Below the pieces are notes generated by a model. The model was not told where the DNA came from, made no database searches, and was given only the letters and a program-made list of their open reading frames with translations. Shown piece by piece: positions 55,861 to 64,000 of a stretch of DNA of 64,000 nucleotides. The stretch comes from the human T2T-CHM13v2.0 reference genome, Homo sapiens, in assembly GCF_009914755.1 (NCBI RefSeq), contig NC_060928.1. One strand, given 5' to 3'. Both the position numbers and the translations under genes were made by a program. How positions within the stretch are numbered: the stretch's first letter is position 1; every line of letters begins with the position of its first letter.

Positions 55861-58120
55861 TGATATGGTTTGGCTGTGTCCTCATTCAGATCTCAACTTC
55901 AATTGTATCTCCCAGAATTCCCACATGTTGTGGGATGGACCTAGGAGGAGGTAATTGAATCATAGGGGCTGGTCTTTCCTGTGCTATTCTCATGATAGTG
56001 AATAAGTCTCATGAGATCTAATGGGTTTATCAGGGGTTTCCACTTTTGCTTCTTCCTCATTTTCTCTTGCTGCTGCCATGTAAGAAGTCCTTTTCACCTC
56101 CCGCCATGATTCTGAGGCCTCCCCAGCCATGTGGAACTGTAAGTCCAATTAAACCTCTTTTTCTTCCCAGTCTTGGGTATGTCTTTATCAACAGCATGAA
56201 AACAGACTAATACAGTAAATTGGGATCAGTAGAGTGGGGCATTGCTGAAAAGATACCCGAAAATTTGGAAGTGACTTTGGAACTGGGTAACAGGCAGAGA
56301 TTGGAACAGTTTGAAGGGCTCAGAAGAAGACAGGAAAATTTGGGTAAGTTTGGAACTCCCTAGAGATTTGTTGAATGGCTTTGCCCAAAATGCTGATAGT
56401 GATATGGACAATAAAATCCAGGCTGAGGTGGCCTCAGATGGAGATGAGAAACTCATTGGGAATTTAAGCAAAGTTGATTCTTGCTATGTCTTAGCAAAGA
56501 GACTGGTGGTATTTTGTCACTGCCCTGAAGATTTGTGGAACTTTGGACTTGAGAGAGATGATTTAGGTATCTGGTGGAAGAAATTTCTAAGCAGCAAAGC
56601 ATTCAAGATGTGACTTGGGTGCTGTTAAAGGCATTCAGTTTTATAAGGGAAGCAGAGCATAAAACTTTAGAAAATTTGCAGCCTGACTATGCAATAGAAA
56701 AGAAAACCCATTTTCTGGGGAGAAATTCAAGCTGGCTGCAGAAATTTGCATAAGTAGTGAGAAGCCTAATGTTAATCCCCAAGACCATGGGGAAAATGTC
56801 TCCAGGCCATGTCAGAGACCTTCATGGCAGCCCCTCCCATCACAGGCCTAGAGGCCCAAGAGGAAAAAGTGGTTTTGTGGGCTGGACCCAGGATCCCCAT
56901 GCTTTGTGCAGCTTAAGGGCTTGGTAGCCTGCACCCCAGCCTCTCCAGCCATGGCTGAAAGGGACCAACATATAGCTCAGGCTGTGGCTTCAGAGGGTCA
57001 AAGCCCCAAGCCTTGGCAGCTTCCACGTGGTGTTGAGCCTGCGGGTGCACAGAAGTCAAGAACTGAGGTTTGGGAACCTCCACCTAGATTTCAGAAGATG
57101 TATGGAAATTTCTGAATGCCCAGGCAAAAGTTTTCTGCAGGATGGCAGCCCTCATGGAGAACCTCTGCTATGGCAGTGCAGAAGGGAAATGTGGAGTTGG
57201 CGTCCCCACACAGAGTCCCTATTGGGGCACTGCCTAGTGGAGCTGTGAGAATAGGGCCACTGTTCTCCAGCTCCCAGAATGATTGATCCACCAACAGCTT
57301 GCACCAGGCACCTGGAAAAGCCACAGACACTCAATGCCAGCGAAGAGAAAGCAGCTGCAAAGCCACAGGGGCAGAGCTGCCTAAGACTGTGGGAACCCAC
57401 CTCTTGCATTGGTGTGACCTGGATGTGAGACCTGGAGTCAAAGGACATCATTTTAGAGCTTTAAAATTTGACTGTCCGCTGGATTTCCGATTTGTATGGG
57501 CCCTGTAACCCCTTTGTTTTGGCCAATTTCTCCCATTTGGAATGGCTGTATTTACCAAATACTTGTATCCCCATTGTATTCAGGAAGTAACTAGCTTGTT
57601 TTTGATTTTACAGGCTCATAGGTGGAAGGGACTTGCCTTGTCTTAGATGAGACTTTGGACTGTGGACTTTTGTGTTAATGCTGAAATGAGTTAAGGCTTT
57701 GAGGAACTGTTGGGAAGGCATGATTGGTTTTGAAATGTGAGAACATGAGATTTGGAGGGGCCAGGGACAGAATGATGTGGTTTGGCTATGTCCCCATTCA
57801 AATCTCAACTTGTATCTCCCAAAATTCCCACGTGTTGTGTGAGGGACCTAAGAGGACGTGATTGAATCATGGAGCCGGTCTTTCCCATGCTATTCTCATG
57901 ATAGTGAATAAGTCTCACGAGATCTGATGGGTTTATCAGGGGTTTCCACTTTTGCTTCTTCCTCATTTTCTCTTGCTGCCACCATGTAAGAAGTGCCTTT
58001 TGCCTCCCGCCATGATTCTGAGGCCTCCCCAACCATGTGGAACTGTAAGTCCAATTAAACCTCTTTCTCTTCCTAGTCTCGGGTATTTCTTTATCAGCAG
58101 CATGAAAATGCACTAATACA
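55861..58120 (+). mobile_element. Full-length THE1A MaLR (5' LTR 55861-56214, internal 56215-57772, 3' LTR 57773-58120)
   Basis: Two similar TG...CA LTRs in direct orientation around THE1-int sequence; purine-rich tract before the 3' LTR. Confidence 0.93.
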
Positions 58121-58296
58121 CCCCCAGTCACAGAAAGGGTCTAACTTGATGTATCAGTCCCAAGTCCCAAGCTGGCCCAGTTTCAGACAGACCTTCCCCT
58201 GGTCCAGTCAGCTAGGCTTTAGCATCTGAGTCATATGGGACCAACGTGACTGTCAGGATACATACACTCTCTGGCTGGGGATTTGTGGGGAGGGGA

Positions 58297-58805
58297 TATG
58301 TTAATATTCTATTGCTGCTATAACAAATGATCACATTTTGGCTTAACCAATTTGAATTTGTTATCCTACAGTTATAGAGGTCAACAGTCTAATGTGGGTT
58401 TCACTGGGCTAAAATCAAGGAGCTGGCACGGCTGTGTTCCATTCTGGAGACTCTGGGGGAGAATCCATTTATTTGCCTTCCCCAGCTCCTAGATGCTGCC
58501 CACGTTCTTTGGTTCACGGCCCCACCCTCTTTCTCTGAAGCCAGGTATGATGGGTGGAGATCTTCTCACATCGCATCACTCTGACACTGACTGTCCTGCC
58601 TCCCTCTTCCACATTTAAGGACCCCTGTCATGACATTGGGCCCACCCAGATAGTCCAAGATAAGCCCCCTATCTGAAGGCTAGCTGATCAACATCACAAA
58701 TTCCATCTGCAACCTCAGTGCCCCTTGCCAAGTGACATACATATTCACACATTCAGCAATTAGGACTTGGACATTTTTGGGGGGCTGTTATTCAGTCTAC
58801 CACAA
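58297..58805 (-). mobile_element. MLT1-type LTR
   Basis: ctattgctgctataacaaat ... aggacttggacatttttggggggc ... tctaccaca. Confidence 0.8.
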
Positions 58806-60511
58806 TGAGGTAGCTCCAGTAAAAAGATGGGGTGATTATGAGCTGGGCAGACACCCCTTTTGTGTCTTCCTGGAAGACAGAGAGATCCACCTACTCTTTT
58901 CCATTTCTCAAACAATGTTTGTAGGCCTGCTCTGGTAATACTCCAGGGGTCTACAGAAATTAAGAAAACAGAACCTTTTCCCTTTGAGGATTTAACCTAG
59001 TAGGAGACACACCAATATCCAAACACAAAGCAATGTTCTTCTGAAATCTTCTAGTCCTTTCTACCTCTTTTAAGGTACTTATCCCACTCTGCTCACCCCA
59101 TTTTAGAGGCGTCAACTCACAACAATGTGATCAACAGTCACCAAAGTTCAAGTCCTCTCTCTCCCCTCCTTCTCCTGGCCTCCAGGTTGAGAAGTTTGGT
59201 GCAACTTCTTCCCAGGGCTGACTTCGTCCACCCCAGGAGTTTCATAGAGCACCTCATAAAAACCCATTTACTGGTTTCCCCAACATAATGGCAGAAATAA
59301 ACTACTTGATACACACTTGGAAATCCCTTCCAGAGAACATGTGCATTGTTTTGTTGGCATGGCATCTTGGTTTCTAACTTGAATTTCCACCGCCTTTGCT
59401 TTTTTGACAGTATCTTCCATGATTAAGATGGCCGAATCCTCCACTTTTTATTGAGTTGGACAGCAAATCACAGAATAAATGCTTTCCCTTGCACTTTAAA
59501 AGGATTTAATAGGAAAATATTTTTCCTACATCCTGTTTCAAGGGGAAAATGTGATTTTAAGGGGCATTTTATAGTTCACAACAGGATATTGAAGGGCATT
59601 TGGTTTTGCTTAGTTTATTATGACTGTGTTTCTCCAGCATGAAGTAGTGTTTTTTGTGATTATTTAGATAAGTGTGATTATGGTAGATAGGCAGCTATCG
59701 AATTATGGAAATTTAGGACTGGAAAGGGCCTTAAATATCATCCAGGCCAAACTTCCTCATTTTTCAGATGAGAAAACAAATGACTTGTCCAAGTTCACAT
59801 GTTGAGTTGCAGGGGAAAATGAGATTAGAATCTTTATCTTCCAACTGTTTAATGTCCCCCAAACAGTTTTGTGATGAGAGTAGGAGTAAGGAGAGTAGCA
59901 TTTATTCAAGGAGATCCCTATGTATCTGTAAGCAGTTCTGAATATGAGAATTGGAGTAACTGATATGTGTGGATTTGTGTGTATTTCATTCATTCATTCA
60001 TCCATTAAGCTAGCCAGTCAGTGAGTCATATTCTAAACATATTCCCAGTGTCTACTCAGTAGGTGGCACGTGCTAGGTGCTGAAAATATAAAAACAAAGC
60101 TGAAGTCCCCGCCTTGGAGCAAGTCAAGGAGTAATGGACAGACAAGTGTGTACAGACATAATTATAATTAAACATAAATGTGATAATGGAGTTTGTTGTT
60201 TTTTCATGGCAGCTTCAAACCATGAAATTAAAAAGCTACTCTGCAGGGACAGGAAATGATCAGCACTCCAGAAATAGAGTTGGAGAGATGCTTTCCTTAT
60301 GGTCCATTTCTGGCCATTTCATTATCTCTGTCTTGATGGGACTCTATGGAGCAGGAACCACCTCTTAGCCTGGCATTGTGGCAAGAGCCTCAGTTCTCTG
60401 TCAGACAAGCTTGGGTTCAAATCCCAGTCACTTATTAATAATGAGTTCTTTCAAGGTTATTTCCTCATCTATGAATAAAAGATAAAAACGCATCCATCAG
60501 GTTGTTGTACA

Positions 60512-60880
60512 TGTATATTAGTCTGTTCTCATGCTGCTGATAAAGATATACCCAAGGCTGTGTAATGTATAAAGGAAAAAAAAAGAGCTTTAATGGACTC
60601 ACAGTTCCACGTGGCTGGGAAGGCCTCACAATCATGGCAGGAGGTGAAAGGCACATCTTACATGGTGACAGACAAGGAGAGAATGAGAGCTAAGCGAAAG
60701 GGGTTTCCACTTATAAAACCATCAGATCTCATGAGACTAATTCACTACCATGAGAACAGTATGGGGGAAACCGCCCCCATGATTCAACTATCTCCCACCA
60801 GTCCCTCCCACAACTCGTGGGAATTATGGGAGCTGCAATTCAAGATGAGATTTGGGTGGGGACACAGCCAAACCATGTCA
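60512..60880 (-). mobile_element. THE1B/C solo LTR inserted in a MIR (MIR halves 60370-60510 and 60881-60960)
   Basis: tattagtctgttctcatgctgctgataaag ... gggacacagccaaaccatgtca. Confidence 0.88.
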
Positions 60881-61209
60881 ATGTGTTAAATGAGATGATC
60901 CATATAAAGTGTGTAGCACAGCATCTGGTGTAGTTAGTCATAAAAAAACCCAGCCATCATGGCAATGGGGATGTTGAGGATGAAACCAGACAGAAGAAAC
61001 TTCAGACTGGCAATGCCAAGGTAGCTGGAGGTGGTGAGAAGTCTTCTTTAGATTTTGGAAGGAAGCTTGGTTCCTTTCAGTCCTCTATATCACCCAACGA
61101 ATGTGTGTTGTTCAAGAGCGAAGACTGAGACGGTACCTTGGACAAGTGTTTGGAATTAAAGGAAGCACTTAGAAAGTAATTGGCCACATGGTTTGGGTAA
61201 ATCTCAGAG

Positions 61210-61590
61210 AATGTTTCTAGGATTTGGAATATTTATTCTGGAGAAGAGAAGATTTAGGGGTTGGATGAAATGAAAGTCCTCAAGCACATGAACCAGTGGT
61301 GGAGAGCAGCTGTTCCCTATTTCTGTTTTGGACTGAATGAGAGGAAACGAGCTTACATTGAAGCATGAGGGATTTAGGCTAAACATGAAGAAGAATTTCC
61401 TGGATGTGGGTGTTGTTGGACTTTGGAATGAGTTACCAAGGTGTCTACAATAAGGACAGTGTCTCTCTGGCTGCAGATCTTGAAGTGTGGAAGCATTGGC
61501 TCCATGCAGGAATGTCTACACTCACACGCTCTTTCCAAGTGGGAGAGTCTGTGACATTAACGGGATCTTCTAACGTGAGGATATGAGTCT
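61210..61590 (+). mobile_element. L3/CR1 3' fragment
   Basis: ctggagaagagaagatttaggg ... gagggatttaggctaaacatgaagaagaatttcctg. Confidence 0.6.
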
Positions 61591-63302
61591 CAGTCAACCC
61601 CAAACCACTGTCCAAAACCTTGATCTAGCATAAGAAATGGTTGTGGTAGGAGCTGGATGACTATCTCTGGCAATCTGCAGTTTGACATTCCACAAATACC
61701 ATGATTGCTTATGTAGGCTACTCCAGCGACCAAACACCTCCCCTCTTTGAAATGTATTAAGAAATTCTCTGCAGGGCTTCTTTCACCAAAAGTGCATTTA
61801 ATAGAGCTTGGAATTTCCTCACAATGCATTTATTTTTGTTGATATATTTTTAGGTCTCCATTATTACTTGTCTGCACCTTCCTTTGCTTTGTAGGCATAA
61901 GCTATCAATAACCGGGCATTGACCACACTGTGGGGGTTCTCCCCTTCCCTCCCATGGAAGCTAAGTCTTTAGCTGTTAATTTCAGAAGGTTTTAAGCCAA
62001 CCACTAGTTTTCATTATTGTACATCAAAAAGGCAGGCAAATCGCAGCAGCTGTAAGTTCAAAGGACACAAAGGTCTCACTGTGAGCATCACAGCAAATAG
62101 TTTTGGGTTCCCCTCACCCCAAAAGTAGCCCATGGTGGGTTAAGTTTTTATTTTTAAATAGATTTAGAGTTGAATAACTAGCCCTTGTAAGGGACTTCAA
62201 CAAAGAGGCTGTATATTGGCACATATTAAATATGCCCCTATACACCCCAAATTGTTTTGTCCAAAATGTCTCGTTTATTATAATTTCATTGATAAAGCCC
62301 TTGATTGTAGCCCAGGGACTTTCACATATTGGCTGCCTCCTGTTGGACCCACAGGCCTCTATTGGTGATTCCAAATCAGCCGTGCATGGCCCTTGATCCC
62401 CTCCTGTAGAGGGACTGGGTGATGGTATCTATAAACCAACAGAATAGCTCTTTTCCAGTAAATCCCCCACAGAGTCCAGAAAAATATGCAAGCAGTCCTT
62501 TTACTTCAAGTTTCTACCCACACAGGGTCAACAGAGGGAGGAGAGGCAGAGGCAGCTGCCCTAGAAGCAGCCATCGTCCCAGTCCCATAGCCAGTGTGAA
62601 ATCTTAGCCCTCTTTTCCTTACACATGGCCGTGGCCGCTCTTCTAGTCAGCACCGAAATCTCCTCCCTGAAGAGCTTCTTTCTCTTCCTCCCTTCTTCCT
62701 TCCTCCATTTCTTGGTCCACTGAAGTCCCTGGAGATCCCCTGGGTCCTGTCCTCTTTGAGTTGTCATTGTCTTTGCTTCTGTTGCTCATGCCAGGGCTAC
62801 AGGAAATTTGCTGCGTCCCCCTAGGTACTGTTGTCAGAGTGGACTCTGGGTCAAAGAGTCAGACCTTTCATTGGTGTGCTTCAAGTCTAAGCTTTGCAAG
62901 CTCTTTCTCTATGTTACGTCTGCCTCCTTCCTCTTTAGTTTGTCTTTTATTTGTCCTAGCCTTGAGGAGTGAAGGTTCCAGGAAATTGAGGATGGGAATA
63001 TAGTGGAAAATCCATTCCCCACAGGAAAATATTCTGAAATTTCTGGCTTGGGTGACAGGCTGTCATTGATAGAGCTAGATAACGATGAAGGTGATGATAA
63101 TGATAGCCAATCCTATGTAGCACTCATTAAGTACCAAGCACTATTAAGTGCTTGAGGGAGAATAAATCATACAATCCTATGTGGCTCGTATTCTTGTCAT
63201 ATGCATTTTGTTGATATAAAAAAAAAATCAAGGCACAGAATGATTAAGACACATACCTGAGGTCATACAGCTAGTAAGTTGCAGAGCAAGAATGGAACCC
63301 AA

Positions 63303-63958
<656 letters not shown>

Positions 63959-64000
63959 TCAGGAAGTCATCAGGCCACAAGTGTGTGTGGACCAGTCAGG

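Noticed and set aside
56226-57508. Cluster of ORFs in 56-57.5 kb
   Set aside because: Broken remnants of the THE1 internal region.
59871-59963. GTGATGA ... CTGA arrangement resembling a C/D-box snoRNA
   Set aside because: No terminal stem or recognisable guide sequence; such short boxes occur by chance. Would need snoRNA/Rfam search and small-RNA data.
60053-60070. CTCF-like motif ctcagtaggtggcac (also ggccagagggcagc near 54984)
   Set aside because: Imperfect matches, one within a likely L2 remnant; not supportable without ChIP data.

Overview
Human (primate) genomic DNA, with no prokaryotic content. The only clear protein-coding sequence is coding exon 1 of STX18 (syntaxin-18) on the minus strand (47538-47371, 56 codons, GT donor), inside a CpG-island promoter that is probably bidirectional (STX18 / STX18-AS1). 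Bases 1-47370 are STX18 intron 1; the rest is upstream/antisense territory rich in LTR elements (MLT2A1, MSTA, MLT1, full-length THE1A, THE1B). Intron 1 holds a full-length RPS7 processed pseudogene with TSD and poly(A). Its most unusual feature is a 122-bp insertion built from a direct copy plus an inverted copy of DNA about 1.8 kb upstream, and this insertion is bracketed by a new GT-AG pair whose use would restore the frame. Other points of interest: a candidate poison cassette exon, a pristine 5'-truncated AluYa5, a consensus RFX X-box beside the exon 1 donor, an MLT2A1 LTR facing STX18, and two Alus sharing one target site. Most of the ORF track is noise from repeats. Repeat subfamily names come from recalled consensus sequences, and boundaries of old repeats are approximate. 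I see no new multi-gene system.
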